Source: an uncultured Polyangiaceae bacterium
Lineage (GTDB): Bacteria > Myxococcota_A > Polyangia > Polyangiales > Polyangiaceae
DNA: 64,000 bases
Assembly (NCBI GenBank): GCA_964404725.1
Contig: CAYOLF010000025.1
Location: 896-64,895 of the forward strand
Direction: 5' to 3'
In this document: in pieces, positions 18,270 to 28,919 of the stretch
Position numbering within the stretch: the first letter of the stretch is position 1
Layout of the letters: every line of letters begins with the position of its first letter
Made by a program: the position numbers and the translations under genes
Notes under the pieces: model-generated
What the model was told of the DNA's origin: nothing
Databases searched by the model: none
Seen by the model: only the letters and a program-made list of their open reading frames with translations

Positions 18270-20096
18270 ATGCCGATCAACCCGCGCGAACACATCCGAA
18301 ACGTCGCCATCATCGCCCACGTCGATCACGGTAAGACGACGCTCGTTGACGCCATGCTGCGCCAGACCGGCGTCTTCCGCGACAACGAGATCGTGGAGGA
18401 GCGGGTGATGGACTCGAACGACATCGAGCGCGAACGCGGGATCACCATCCTCGCCAAGCACGCCAGCGTTCGGTACCACGACACCCTCATCAACATCATC
18501 GACACGCCCGGGCACTCCGATTTCGGCGGGGAGGTGGAGCGGACCGTGAAGATGGCCGACGGAGCCATCCTGCTCGTAGACGCGGCGGAGGGACCGCTCC
18601 CGCAGACGCGCTTCGTGCTCAAGAAGGCGATCGAGCTCGGCCTGCCGATCCTGGTCGTGATCAACAAGATCGACCGCAGCGACGCCCGGCCCGACGACGT
18701 CCTGAGCGAGGTCTTCGACCTGTTCTGCGATCTCGAGGCGAGCGACGCGCAGGCGGACTTCCCCGTGCTCTATGCCATCGGCAAGCAGGGCATCGCGCGC
18801 CGGTCGCTCGACGACGGGGGCCAGGACCTCGAGCCGCTCTTCGCCGACATCGTCCGGCGCGTCCCGCCGCCGCGCGGCGAAGCCGAGGGCCCGCTGCAGA
18901 TGCTGGTCCACAACATCGAGCACGACGACTACGTGGGCCGGCTCGGGATCTGCAAGATCACCCGGGGCCAGGTGGCGCACGGGCAGCTGATCACGGTGCT
19001 GGCGGAGTCTGGGGCGACCCCGCAGAAGGTGTCCGCGCTTTTTCAGTTCGAGGCCATGCGGCGCGTGCGCGCCGAGGTCGTGGGGGTGGGGGACATCGTC
19101 GCCGTGGCTGGCATCGCCGACCTGCAGATCGGCGACACCATCGCCGCGCCCGAGGCGCCGGTCGCGCTGCCGCGGATCACCGTGGAGGAGCCGACCATCA
19201 AGGTCAGCTTCCTGGTTAACACCTCGCCCTTCGCGGGCCGGGTGGGCCGGTGGGTCACCTCGCGTCACGTCCGCGACCGGCTCTACCGCGAGTCCCGGCG
19301 AAACCTCGCGCTGCGCGTCGAGGACACCGCCGAGCCCGACGTGTTCGCCGTTTTCGGACGCGGCGAGCTGATGCTCGCGATCCTGGCGGAGACCATGCGC
19401 CGCGAGGGGTACGAGTTCGCGGTCGGGATGCCCGAGGTCGTGACCCGGACGATCGACGGTCAGCGGTGCGAGCCGGTGGAGCGCGTCGTCGTCGACGTCC
19501 CCGAGGAGTACGTCGGCGCCGTGACCACGCGGCTCGGCGAGCGCCGGGGCCAGATGGTCAAGATGAGCAACCTGGGCTTCGGTCGGGCGCGGATCGAGTA
19601 CCGCGTGGCCTCGCGGGGCCTCATCGGGTTCCGCTCGTCGTTCCTGACCGAGACGCGGGGGACGGGCCTGCTGAACACGCTGTTCGACGGCTGGCAGCCC
19701 TACTCGGGGCCGATGCTTCGGCGTACGAACGGCGCCATCGTCGCCGATCGGCAGGGGCGCGCGACCCCCTACGCGCTCTTTCACCTGCAGCCGCGCGGCG
19801 TGCTCTTCATCGACCCGGGGATCGACGTCTATGAGGGCATGATCATCGGCGAGCACAACCGCCAGAACGATCTCGACGTGAACGTGACGCGCGAGAAGAA
19901 GCTCACCAACATCCGCGCGGCGGGTCGGGACGAGAACGTGATCCTGGCGCCCGCGCGGCTGCTCACCATCGAGACCGCGATGGATTTCATCGATCGGGAC
20001 GAGGTGGTGGAGGTGACCCCCGACGCGGTCCGGGTGCGCAAGCGAGTCCTCGACAGTAACCGACGCCCGCGGCGCGACGCCGAGCGGCTCGACTGA
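18270..20096 (+). CDS. typA: Translational GTPase TypA/BipA
   Basis: I re-set the start to ATG 18270. IRNVAIIAHVDHGKTTLVD, DTPGHSDFGGEVER, NKIDR. Confidence 0.95.
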   Translation: MPINPREHIRNVAIIAHVDHGKTTLVDAMLRQTGVFRDNEIVEERVMDSNDIERERGITILAKHASVRYHDTLINIIDTPGHSDFGGEVERTVKMADGAILLVDAAEGPLPQTRFVLKKAIELGLPILVVINKIDRSDARPDDVLSEVFDLFCDLEASDAQADFPVLYAIGKQGIARRSLDDGGQDLEPLFADIVRRVPPPRGEAEGPLQMLVHNIEHDDYVGRLGICKITRGQVAHGQLITVLAESGATPQKVSALFQFEAMRRVRAEVVGVGDIVAVAGIADLQIGDTIAAPEAPVALPRITVEEPTIKVSFLVNTSPFAGRVGRWVTSRHVRDRLYRESRRNLALRVEDTAEPDVFAVFGRGELMLAILAETMRREGYEFAVGMPEVVTRTIDGQRCEPVERVVVDVPEEYVGAVTTRLGERRGQMVKMSNLGFGRARIEYRVASRGLIGFRSSFLTETRGTGLLNTLFDGWQPYSGPMLRRTNGAIVADRQGRATPYALFHLQPRGVLFIDPGIDVYEGMIIGEHNRQNDLDVNVTREKKLTNIRAAGRDENVILAPARLLTIETAMDFIDRDEVVEVTPDAVRVRKRVLDSNRRPRRDAERLD

Positions 20097-20136
20097 CGCC
20101 TGCGGCCCGGCGCGGGCGCGCTGGCGGGGCCGGAAC

Positions 20137-20165
20137 GACCCCGGGCCGACCGGGCGTCCGGGGTC
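20137..20165 (+). terminator. Hairpin downstream of typA
   Basis: GACCCCGG-13 nt-CCGGGGTC, about 40 nt after the stop. No U tract. Confidence 0.3.
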
Positions 20166-20305
20166 CGGTTGAGCGTCGGCTCGCTGGCTGAATCGAATCC
20201 CCTTGTTTCTGGGCTGCCCCGTCGACTAGTCAACCAGGGTTTCTCGCGGTGCGGCGCCGCCACGCTCGCCGCCCCCTTACAGCCCTGGGCTCGTCCCGGT
20301 CCATC

Positions 20306-21355
20306 ATGGTTGGCTTTCGCATCACAGGCTCAGGGCGCTACCTGCCGGGTCGCCCCTACACGAACCAGGACCTCGCGCGCGTAATGGACACCAGCGACGA
20401 CTGGGTCCGCCAGCGCACGGGGATCGAGCAACGGCATTTCTGCCCTGAGGGGCAGGGCGCGTCCGACCTCGCGGTCGAGGCGGCCAAGCTGGCGCTCGCG
20501 GACGCCGGTCGGGTGCCGTCGGACCTGGACTACATCCTGTTCAACACCATGACTCCGGACTATTTCTTTCCGGGGTCGGGGCCGCTGCTCGGCGCCGCGC
20601 TGGGGTGTCCCGGCGTCCCCGCGCTCGATCTCCGGACCCAGTGTGCGGCGACGCTCTTCAGCCTCCAGATCGCCGACAGCCTCATCAGGAGCGGCGTCGC
20701 GCGGACGGTGCTCGTGGTCGGCGCCGAGGCTCAGGCGGGGTTCATGCCGTGGAACGACTGGGCCGCACTCGAGCCGGGCGGGCCAGCGCCGAGCCCGGAG
20801 GACTTCGATCGCGCGACCCGGCACCGCGGCTACGCCGTCATCTTCGGCGACGGGGCCGGGGCGCTGGTGCTAGAGCGGTGCGAGGACGGCCCTGGCCTGC
20901 TCAGCATCGACGTCCATACCGACGGGCGATACCTCGAGCAGCTCTTCATCCCCGCGGGGTACCGGAGCCGGCCCTACGTGAGCGCCGGCACCGTCCAGCG
21001 CGAGGAGTACCTTCCCCGGATGGAGGGGCGCGACGTCTTCAAGCACGCCGTGACCAAGCTCCCGGCGTCGATCCGCAAGGCCTGCGGGGACGCGGGGGTG
21101 ACCCTCGAGCAGGTGGACTGGTTCATCGCCCACCAGGCGAACGATCGCATCAACGACTCCATCCGCGAGCGGGTCGGCGTCCCGGCGGAGAAGGTGCCGT
21201 CGAACATTGCCCGCTACGGCAACACCTCGACCGCGACCATCCCCATCCTGATGGATGAGATGCGGCGGGACGGTCGGCTGAAGCCCGGGCAGATCGTGTG
21301 CGTGCTTGCGCTCGGCGCGGGGCTGCACTGGGGCGCCGCCGTCCTTCGCGTGTAG
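20306..21355 (+). CDS. fabH: 3-oxoacyl-ACP synthase III (FabH-type KAS III)
   Basis: I re-set the start to ATG 20306 (MVGFRITGSGRYLPG). Catalytic Cys (TQCAAT), His (AHQAN) and Asn (GNTSTAT) contexts are present. Confidence 0.88.
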   Translation: MVGFRITGSGRYLPGRPYTNQDLARVMDTSDDWVRQRTGIEQRHFCPEGQGASDLAVEAAKLALADAGRVPSDLDYILFNTMTPDYFFPGSGPLLGAALGCPGVPALDLRTQCAATLFSLQIADSLIRSGVARTVLVVGAEAQAGFMPWNDWAALEPGGPAPSPEDFDRATRHRGYAVIFGDGAGALVLERCEDGPGLLSIDVHTDGRYLEQLFIPAGYRSRPYVSAGTVQREEYLPRMEGRDVFKHAVTKLPASIRKACGDAGVTLEQVDWFIAHQANDRINDSIRERVGVPAEKVPSNIARYGNTSTATIPILMDEMRRDGRLKPGQIVCVLALGAGLHWGAAVLRV

Positions 21356-21417
21356 CCCGGGCGCTTCCGTTCACGCTCGGGGGCGTGAGCGCAAGTGGCG
21401 GAGAGCGGGGGCGCGCG

Positions 21418-23109
21418 TCACCAGCCGGTGGACTCGGCGAGGTCGTCGGCGGCGGGGCGGTCGCGCCGCGCAGCGGCGGCGAGCTCCGTGGCGATGCGGG
21501 ACACGAGCTGCTGGGTGGTCGCACGCTCGAGTGCCGAGATGGCGACCGCGCCGGGCTGCCGCGCCAGCGCCACCCCGCTCGCCAGCGGGAGCCGATCGAT
21601 CTTGTTGTAGACGACCAGCCGCGGCAGCTGGTCGATGTCGAGTCGCTCCAGGATCTCGGCGGTCGTGCGCAGGTGCTCGTCGAACTCGGGGTCCGAGGCG
21701 TCGACGACCTCGAGCAGGAGGTCGGCGTCGGCGGCCTCCTCGAAGGTAGCGCGGAAGGCCGCGAAGAGATCCTTGGGCATGTCGCGGATGAACCCGACCG
21801 TGTCGGTGAGGATGCACTCGGCGCCGCCCCCCAGCCGCAGCCGGCGCGCCCGCGTGTCCAGGGTGGCGAAGAGCCGGTCCTCCGCCAGCACGCCGGCGGA
21901 GGTCAACGTGTTCAGGAGCGTGCTCTTCCCGGCGTTGGTGTAGCCCACGATGGCCACCACGGGGATCGTGTCGCGTGACCGCTGCCGACGTCGCTCCGCG
22001 CGCTGCCGGACGAGGGCCTTCAGCTCCCGCTCCAGGCGGGAGAGCCGCTCGCGGGCGCGGCGGCGGCCGATCTCCAGCGTCGTCTCGCCGGGGCCGCGGC
22101 CGCCGATCCCGCCGGTGAGGCGGCTCAGGGCGTCGTCCTTCGTCCCCAGGCGGGGCAGGGTGTACTTGAGCTGGGCGAGCTCCACCTGCAGCTTCCCGTC
22201 CCGCGTCTCTGCCCGCTGGGCGAAGATGTCGAGGATGAGCTGCGAGCGGTCGAGCACCTTGAGGTCGGTCTGGGTGGCGATCCCGCTCGCCTGCGCCGGA
22301 GTGAGATCGTGGTCGAAGATGAGCGTCTCGGCGCCGAGATCGATGGCATGAAGCACAATCTCGTCGAGCTTGCCCTTGCCCACGACGAGCTTGGGATCCA
22401 GGTGGTCACGGAGCTGGATGATCCGATCGGCGACCTCGACGCCGGCGGTCTCGGCCAGGCTGGCGAGCTCCGTGAGACGGGCCTCGGCGCGGCGCGCGGC
22501 GCCGACGCCACGCTTGGCACCGACGTGGACCAGGATGGCGCGGCCGTCCTTGGCGGTCGCGACGCGCGTGCGCGCGCGTCGCGCGAACTCCGCCTCGAGC
22601 GACGCGATGAGCTCGCCGAAGTTCGGTTGGGGGCGGCCGTGGGGCACGGGGCCCACCACCTCGTGCGAGCTGTCCCCCTCCTCGCGGGAGGGGACGTTGT
22701 ACGCCCAGGTGAGCGACCGCGGGTCGCCGTCGGGGGCCAGGATGATCGCCGCCACCAGATCCAGGCGCAGTCGCGTCAGGTCGACCAGATCGTCGCGGGT
22801 GAGGGGCTCGCCGAAGAGGTGCGTGTGCACCAGTCGCAGGGCGCGGAAGCGTCCCCGCGCGGCGCGCAGGCGCCCGATGTCCGGCAGGAAGACCCGGGTA
22901 GCGTCCCCGACCACGACGTAGTCGACCGCGCCGGATCGGTGCACCAGCGCCCCCACCTGCCGCTTCGTCTCCCGCGAGGCGTCCGCCAGCGACCGGATGA
23001 GCTCCAGCGTCGCGATCTGATCGAGGGGGACCCGGCGACGGTAGATGCGCTCGAGCGTGCGCGCGGCGCTGGGCGAGAGGCCCTGGGTGTTGCCGAAGAG
23101 CTCTGGCAT
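21418..23109 (-). CDS. hflX: GTPase HflX with a long N-terminal extension
   Basis: 563 aa. ..IFAQRAETRDGKLQVELAQLKYTLPRL.., GYTNAGKSTLLN, DTVGFI. Confidence 0.93.
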   Translation of the reverse strand: MPELFGNTQGLSPSAARTLERIYRRRVPLDQIATLELIRSLADASRETKRQVGALVHRSGAVDYVVVGDATRVFLPDIGRLRAARGRFRALRLVHTHLFGEPLTRDDLVDLTRLRLDLVAAIILAPDGDPRSLTWAYNVPSREEGDSSHEVVGPVPHGRPQPNFGELIASLEAEFARRARTRVATAKDGRAILVHVGAKRGVGAARRAEARLTELASLAETAGVEVADRIIQLRDHLDPKLVVGKGKLDEIVLHAIDLGAETLIFDHDLTPAQASGIATQTDLKVLDRSQLILDIFAQRAETRDGKLQVELAQLKYTLPRLGTKDDALSRLTGGIGGRGPGETTLEIGRRRARERLSRLERELKALVRQRAERRRQRSRDTIPVVAIVGYTNAGKSTLLNTLTSAGVLAEDRLFATLDTRARRLRLGGGAECILTDTVGFIRDMPKDLFAAFRATFEEAADADLLLEVVDASDPEFDEHLRTTAEILERLDIDQLPRLVVYNKIDRLPLASGVALARQPGAVAISALERATTQQLVSRIATELAAAARRDRPAADDLAESTGW

Positions 23110-23140
23110 CCGGGTGGCCGTAGTGGCCGGCGCGGGGAGT

Positions 23141-24418
23141 CTAGCCGCCCACCCCTGAGGCGTCGAGCCAGTCTCCTACCCGGACCACCCGCCCCTCGAC
23201 GCGAGCCTGCTCGGCGGCGAACACGGTGAGGTGCGTCTCCAGCGTCTCCGCCGCGCCGGAGGCGAGCCCCGCCGGGTCGCCGTCGCGCACGGCGCCGAGG
23301 AACGCGCGCATCAGGGCCTCGTCGCCGCCGCCGTGGTTCCCCGCCGCCGGCACCACCGCCACGGTGCGCCGATCGGTGACGAAGTCGTGATGCTCCAGGC
23401 GGTCGCCGTCGCCCACCAGCCACCCCCGGCTCCCGAACAGGATCGAGCGCCGCCCGGCGAACGGCGTGAACGCGCTCAGGGTGAAGGTCGCCGTGCGCCC
23501 CCCGCGGTGCTCGAGGGTCACCACCTGCTGGTCGGGGACGTCGTTGTCACAGGCGTAGACGCAGCGCCCGTAGGGACCCTCCCGGAGCGCCCGCTCGACG
23601 CCGGCGACGGTGCGGTCGTGGCCGAGCACGGACACGGGCCAGTCGAGGTCCCCGGCGCGCGCTCTCTCGCGATAGAGCCGGAGCGCAGAGTACGGGCAAG
23701 CGTGCTCGAGCGCGCAGTCGACGCAGCGGTCGGCCGCGCCCGGCGGCCGCGACTCGGGCCGGAAATGGAGCCGAGCCCCGAAGCTCGTGACGCGCTCGCA
23801 GGGGACGCCAATCACATAGCGGATCCAGTCGATGTCGTGGCAGCTCTTCGCCATCAGGACGGAATTGCCGAGCTCGGCGCGGCGCCAGTTGCCGCGGACG
23901 TAGGAGTGAGCGAAGTGCCACCACCCAACCGGCTCGAGGTGGGAGACGCCCACCAGGTCACCGATGGCCCCGTCGGCGACGAGCTGCCGCAGCCGCCGCG
24001 TGTACGGCGTGTAGCGCAGCACGTGGCACACCGCGAAGATCACCCCCGCGCGCTCGACCGCCCGCACGACGGCGCGGCACTCGGCGGCCGTGGGGGCCAT
24101 CGGTTTTTCGAGCAGCACGTGCCATCCCGCTTCGGCGAAGGCGATCGCGGGGGCGGCATGCTCCCGGTCGGGGGTGGCGATCAGCACGGCGTCGGCCGGG
24201 CGCCCGCCGTCGAGCGCGGCGCGCCAATCCGGGAAGCGACGGTTCGCGGGCAGCCCCGCCGCGTCCCCGAGGCGGTCCCGAGCGCGGGGGTCCGGGTCCG
24301 CGACCGCCGCCACGCGCCCCTCGGAGGGGTGCTCCAGGACGTACCGAGCGTAGGCGGCGCCGCGGTCCCCGGCGCCCACGACCAGGACGGACGGCGGCGG
24401 GGCTCCCACGCGGGGCAT
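23141..24418 (-). CDS. Gfo/Idh/MocA-family NAD(P)-dependent oxidoreductase
   Basis: I re-set the start to ATG 24418 (MPRVGAPPPSVLVVGAGDRGAAYARYV, a Rossmann motif). ..HVLLEKPMA... Confidence 0.82.
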   Translation of the reverse strand: MPRVGAPPPSVLVVGAGDRGAAYARYVLEHPSEGRVAAVADPDPRARDRLGDAAGLPANRRFPDWRAALDGGRPADAVLIATPDREHAAPAIAFAEAGWHVLLEKPMAPTAAECRAVVRAVERAGVIFAVCHVLRYTPYTRRLRQLVADGAIGDLVGVSHLEPVGWWHFAHSYVRGNWRRAELGNSVLMAKSCHDIDWIRYVIGVPCERVTSFGARLHFRPESRPPGAADRCVDCALEHACPYSALRLYRERARAGDLDWPVSVLGHDRTVAGVERALREGPYGRCVYACDNDVPDQQVVTLEHRGGRTATFTLSAFTPFAGRRSILFGSRGWLVGDGDRLEHHDFVTDRRTVAVVPAAGNHGGGDEALMRAFLGAVRDGDPAGLASGAAETLETHLTVFAAEQARVEGRVVRVGDWLDASGVGG

Positions 24419-24539
24419 CGAGGTGCACTCTCTGCCGCTTTCCGCGCGGCAAGTCCAGCCCCGGGGCCCGGAGCACTCGACGTAGGCCGCGCCCTCGGTA
24501 TGCTGCGCGCCGCCCCTGCACCCCGGAGGCCATCGATCC

Positions 24540-25136
24540 GTGCCGCTCCTCATCACCCTCGACCTGGAAGGCGTCCTGCTCCCGGAGGTCTGGATCGCGT
24601 TCGCGGAGGCGACGGGCATCGCCGAGCTCCGTCGGACCACGCGGGACGAGCCCGACTACGACCTGTTGATGCGCGGCCGCCTACAGATCCTGGATCGGCA
24701 AGGGCTGAAGCTGGCCGACATCCAGCGCGTCATCGCCACCATCGACCCGCTGCCGGGGGCGATCGAGTTCTTGGACCGGCTGCGCTCGACCACCCAGGTC
24801 GTGATCCTGAGCGACACGTTCGCGGAATTTGCGGCCCCGCTGATGCGCAAGCTCGCACACCCGACCATCTTCTGCCACGAGCTCTTGGTGGAGCCCGACG
24901 GTCGCGTCTCCGGCTATCGGTTGCGCATCCCCGACAGCAAGCGGCGGGCGGTGGAGGCCCTCCGCGGCATCGGCTACCGGGTCCACTCGGCGGGTGACAG
25001 CTACAACGACACCACCATGCTGGCGGCCGCGGATCGGGGCGTGCTGTTCCGCTGCCCCGACACCGTGGCCCAGGAGTTTCCGCAGTTTGCCCGGACCCGC
25101 ACCTACGAGGAGCTGTGGGGGGCACTGATGGACTGA
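24540..25136 (+). CDS. thrH: ThrH-type HAD phosphoserine phosphatase / homoserine phosphotransferase
   Basis: [60 protein letters not shown]. This matches the ThrH family closely, as I remember the Pseudomonas protein. Confidence 0.85.
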   Translation: MPLLITLDLEGVLLPEVWIAFAEATGIAELRRTTRDEPDYDLLMRGRLQILDRQGLKLADIQRVIATIDPLPGAIEFLDRLRSTTQVVILSDTFAEFAAPLMRKLAHPTIFCHELLVEPDGRVSGYRLRIPDSKRRAVEALRGIGYRVHSAGDSYNDTTMLAAADRGVLFRCPDTVAQEFPQFARTRTYEELWGALMD

Positions 25137-25218
25137 CCCGACTGGCGCGGCGGGGGGCCGGCGGCTAGCGTCTCCGTCCGGTCGCGGCGCTGCCGAGCGC
25201 GGAAAGGGAGCAGCAGTC

Positions 25219-26607
25219 ATGAGCGTGGCGCGAGGAGGTCGCCTGCCCACCGCCGTCGACGCGGCGATGGCGCGGCTCAACACGAGCGTGGACGTCGACC
25301 GGGAGCTGTGGCGGGAGGACATCGCGGGGTCCATCGCGCATGCGCGAGGGCTGGCGCTCGCGGGCGTCATCACCGAAGGGGAGGCCGGCGAGCTCGCGCG
25401 GGGGCTCGAGCAGGTGGCGGACGAGATCGAGCGCGGCGACTTTCGCTGGGATCCAGGGCTCGAGGACGTCCACATGAACATCGAGGCGCGGCTCACCGCG
25501 ATCGTCGGCCCGGTCGGCGGCAAGCTGCACACGGGGCGCTCGCGGAACGATCAGGTCGCGACGGATCTGCGCCTGTACGTGCGGCGGCGGGGCCGCGAGA
25601 TCGTGGAGGCGATCGGGGGGCTGGCGTCCGTGATCCTGGCGCGCGCGGAGGGGGAGCTGGACACGCTGATGCCGGCGTACACGCACCTGCAGCGCGGGCA
25701 GCCGAGCCGGCTGTCGCACCACCTCCTGGCTTGGCAGGAGATGCTGTGGCGCGACCGGGGGCGGATGCAGGACGCCATCGGGCGCCTCAACGAGTGCCCC
25801 CTCGGCGCGGGGGCCGCGGCGGGGACGGGATTCCCGCTGCAGCGCGAGGCGGTCGCGCGGCTGCTCGGGTTCGACGCGCCGACGAGGAACTCGCTCGACG
25901 CCACCGCGAGCCGCGACTTCTTGATGGAGGTGGCGGCGGCGATCGCCATCCTCGGCGTCCACCTCTCGCGGATCGGCGAGGAGCTGGTGATCTGGTCGAG
26001 CCAGGAATTCGGGTTCGTGGAGCTCTCCGACGCCTTCACGACCAGCTCCTCCATGATGCCTCAGAAGAAGAACCCCGACGTCGCGGAGCTCGTGCGGGGG
26101 CAGAGCGCGCGCACCATCGGCGCGGTGACGGCGCTGCTGGTGCTGGAGAAGGGGCTCTGCCTGGGGTACGGCCGGGACCTGCAGGAGGACAAGCGCCCGA
26201 TCCTCGATGCGTGCGACAGCGCGATCGTCTGCCTGCGTGCCCTCGAGGGCGCGCTCGGCTCGGCGCGCTTCTCGCGCGAGAGGATGCGGGCGGCGCTGCT
26301 GCGGGGCCACCTCTGCGCGACCGACCTCGCAGACTTCCTGGTGGGCGAGGGGATGCCGTTCCGCGAGGCGCACCACGCGGTCGGCGGGCTGGTGCGCCGC
26401 GCGGAACAGCTCGGGGTCGAGCTCGGCGAGCTGCCTCGGGCGGAGCTCGAGGCCGTGCACCCCAGCCTCGGCACGCCGGCCGTGCGCGACGTGCTCGATC
26501 CCACCCGGGCCGTCGAGCGGCGGGATCTGCTCGGGGGTCCGGCCCGAGGCCGCGTCGAGGCGGCCGTCGCGGCGGCGGGGCGCGCCTGGCAGGCCGCGGA
26601 GCGCTGA
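25219..26607 (+). CDS. argH: Argininosuccinate lyase
   Basis: 462 aa. SD AGGGAG upstream. Fumarate-lyase signature [11 protein letters not shown]. Confidence 0.95.
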   Translation: MSVARGGRLPTAVDAAMARLNTSVDVDRELWREDIAGSIAHARGLALAGVITEGEAGELARGLEQVADEIERGDFRWDPGLEDVHMNIEARLTAIVGPVGGKLHTGRSRNDQVATDLRLYVRRRGREIVEAIGGLASVILARAEGELDTLMPAYTHLQRGQPSRLSHHLLAWQEMLWRDRGRMQDAIGRLNECPLGAGAAAGTGFPLQREAVARLLGFDAPTRNSLDATASRDFLMEVAAAIAILGVHLSRIGEELVIWSSQEFGFVELSDAFTTSSSMMPQKKNPDVAELVRGQSARTIGAVTALLVLEKGLCLGYGRDLQEDKRPILDACDSAIVCLRALEGALGSARFSRERMRAALLRGHLCATDLADFLVGEGMPFREAHHAVGGLVRRAEQLGVELGELPRAELEAVHPSLGTPAVRDVLDPTRAVERRDLLGGPARGRVEAAVAAAGRAWQAAER

Positions 26608-26772
26608 GCGCGCGTCGGGGGGCGCGGCAATCGAACTGATCGCGCCGCAAGGGGGGATGCGCCGCGGGGGTAAGGTGCGATAGGGTTGGAGCGTGGTCCT
26701 CTCTGGCCACGACGGGCGCCGGACCGCGGCCTCGGTGCGCCGGGCCCGCCGCCAGTCCCGTGGAGCCCGAAC

Positions 26773-27504
26773 GTGCAGCTCGACTTCTCCGCTCGTGAGC
26801 TGACCATCAAGCTCGTCTATTACGGCCCCGCGCTCAGCGGGAAGACGACGAACCTGCAGGCGCTGCACGAGGCGGCGGATGACAAGACGGCCGGGCGTCT
26901 GATGACGCTCGAGACGCGGGACGATCGGACCCTCTTCTTCGATCTGCTGCCCCTCGCGTTCCGGGACGCGGGAGGACTGGCGGTGCGTCTCAAGGTGTTC
27001 ACCGTCCCCGGTCAGGTGATCCACGCTTCGACCCGGCGGCTCGTCGTGCAGGGCGCCGACGGCATCGCGTTCATCGCCGACTCCCAGGTGGCCGAGACCC
27101 AGAACAACGCGGCTTCCTTCACGGACTTGAAGGAGAACCTCAAGGCGCACGGCATCAACCTGAAGCACATGCCGGTCGTCATCCAGTTCAACAAGCGGGA
27201 CCTGCCCGGGATCCGCACCGAGGCGGAGATCGCGGAGAGTTCCCGGCAGGGGCGGGAGGCGGTCTTCCTCGCCGTCGCGACCGAGGGGATCGGGGTCGTC
27301 GAGAGCTTCCTCGGGCTGCTCCACCTGACGTGGATGTCCCTGGAACGGGCCCACGGCCTGAGCGGCAAGTTCGGGTTCGACTACGCGCGCTTCATGGCCC
27401 AGGTAGCGCAGAGCCTCGGGCAGGAGCGCCCGGTCGCGGAGATCCTGGCGAGCTGCGTCGGCGGCAGGATCGATCCGTTCGTCGCGGCGGAGGGGGCCCG
27501 ATGA
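26773..27504 (+). CDS. MglA/SofG-family Ras-like small GTPase with a roughly 50-aa C-terminal extension
   Basis: I re-set the start to GTG 26773 (GGAG 7 nt upstream). KLVYYGPALSGKTTNLQAL (P-loop), RTLFFDLLPL, FTVPGQV (MglA-type G3), FIADSQ, QFNKRDLP (G4). Confidence 0.85.
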   Translation: MQLDFSARELTIKLVYYGPALSGKTTNLQALHEAADDKTAGRLMTLETRDDRTLFFDLLPLAFRDAGGLAVRLKVFTVPGQVIHASTRRLVVQGADGIAFIADSQVAETQNNAASFTDLKENLKAHGINLKHMPVVIQFNKRDLPGIRTEAEIAESSRQGREAVFLAVATEGIGVVESFLGLLHLTWMSLERAHGLSGKFGFDYARFMAQVAQSLGQERPVAEILASCVGGRIDPFVAAEGAR

Positions 27505-28919
27505 CCGACGGACTCCGGCTCGAGAGCCTTGACGAGCTGACGCTTGGGCGGGGCGCGACCCTGGAAGTCCTGGTCGACCGGAGCGCCCTGGGCGAGCTCA
27601 CGACGAGCTTCTACGAGCTGTTCCGGGTGCCGCTGCGGCTCTTCAGCGCGGAGGGCCGCATCCTGGCGGACGCGAGCCACCCCGAGCCGCTCTACGTCTA
27701 CCTCGACTCCCTCCCGCAGGCGCGCCGGATCCTCGCGGAGGAGATCTCCACCGTGAAGGCGGCCGACCCTGGGGTGGACGGCGACCTGGTCATCCCCTCG
27801 GTGACCGGCGGCGTCTATCGCGTGGTCGCGATCAGCTACGACGGTCGCCAGCTCGGGCGCATCGTCTTCGGCCCCTTCCTCCCGCTCGCCGTCCGGGAGC
27901 CCCCGGCCTCCCTGCTCGGGATCGATCCGGAGCTCGACGCCGAGCAGGCCGCGAGCCTGCTCGCGAAAATGGCGCGGGCCCGGCAGGAGACGGTGGGGCA
28001 GATCGCGAGCCACCTGCAGCGAACGCTCGATCTCATCCTGTTCAGCGGGCACAAGGCCTTGCTCACCAGCAAGATGCACCTGGCGAGCGTGCGCGAGAGC
28101 TACCGGGAGCTCGAGGCCAAGAGCCTGCACCTGCAGGAGGCCTACGATCGGCTCAAGGAGCTCGACCGCCTGAAAAGCAACTTCCTGGCCACGGTGTCGC
28201 ACGAGCTAAGGACGCCGCTCACCTCGATCATCGGTTACAGCGAGATGCTGGTCGAGGGGATCGGCGGAGAGCTCACGGCGGATCAGCTCGAGTTCGTCAC
28301 CACCATCCGCGAGAAGGGTGACCAGCTCCTGGAGCTCATCAAGGGCCTGCTCGATCTGTCCAAGCTCGAGAGCGGCACGATGCGCTTCCGACGGGAGGCG
28401 GTGGACCTCACCGTGGTGGTGACCGACGTGTTGACGACGCTGGCGCCGACCGCTCGCAAGAAGGCCGTGACGCTCGAGGTGACCGCGACGCCCGGCCCGC
28501 ATGCGGTGTGGGGCGACGACGAGCGACTGCGGCAGGTCTTCATCAACCTCGCCGAGAACGCGATCAAGTTCACTCCGACGGGCGGGACCGTCACCCTTGC
28601 CATCGGCAGCGGGGCGCTCGACGCGGGAGATGGCGAGGAGGGTGGGCACGTCCTCTTCTCCGGGGCGATGCCCGCCGTGGAGGTCCGGGTCATCGACACC
28701 GGGATCGGTATTCCGGAGTCGGAGCGCGCGAAGGTGTTCGAGGCCTTCTACCAGGTCGACTCGAGCTCGACGCGCGAGCAGGGGGGGACGGGGCTCGGGC
28801 TGTCGATCGTCAGGCGCCTGGTCGACAGCCACCAGGGGCGCATCCGGATCGAGGGGAACGTCCCCCAGGGGGCCGTCTTCGTGGTCACGCTGCCGGCGCA
28901 CTCGGCGAGGGTCGGGTGA
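27501..28919 (+). CDS. Cytoplasmic sensor histidine kinase with an N-terminal PocR-like sensory domain
   Basis: ATG 27501 overlaps the GTPase stop (ATGA). The H-box is FLATVSHELRTPL. HATPase motifs NLAENAIKFT, DTGIGI and GGTGLGLSIV are present. No TM segment seen. The N-terminus ..GGVYRVVAISYDGRQLGRIVFGPF.. resembles PocR (inference). Confidence 0.88.
   Translation: MTDGLRLESLDELTLGRGATLEVLVDRSALGELTTSFYELFRVPLRLFSAEGRILADASHPEPLYVYLDSLPQARRILAEEISTVKAADPGVDGDLVIPSVTGGVYRVVAISYDGRQLGRIVFGPFLPLAVREPPASLLGIDPELDAEQAASLLAKMARARQETVGQIASHLQRTLDLILFSGHKALLTSKMHLASVRESYRELEAKSLHLQEAYDRLKELDRLKSNFLATVSHELRTPLTSIIGYSEMLVEGIGGELTADQLEFVTTIREKGDQLLELIKGLLDLSKLESGTMRFRREAVDLTVVVTDVLTTLAPTARKKAVTLEVTATPGPHAVWGDDERLRQVFINLAENAIKFTPTGGTVTLAIGSGALDAGDGEEGGHVLFSGAMPAVEVRVIDTGIGIPESERAKVFEAFYQVDSSSTREQGGTGLGLSIVRRLVDSHQGRIRIEGNVPQGAVFVVTLPAHSARVG

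Noticed and set aside
17535-19856. Upstream part of the 893-aa minus ORF 17175..19856
   Set aside because: Only the last 119 codons (from ATG 17534) look like a real lipoprotein. The rest is antisense to the XRE-cupin gene and to typA.
25165-27354. 729-aa minus ORF across argH and the GTPase gene
   Set aside because: It is an antisense shadow. argH and the MglA-like gene on the plus strand have diagnostic motifs.
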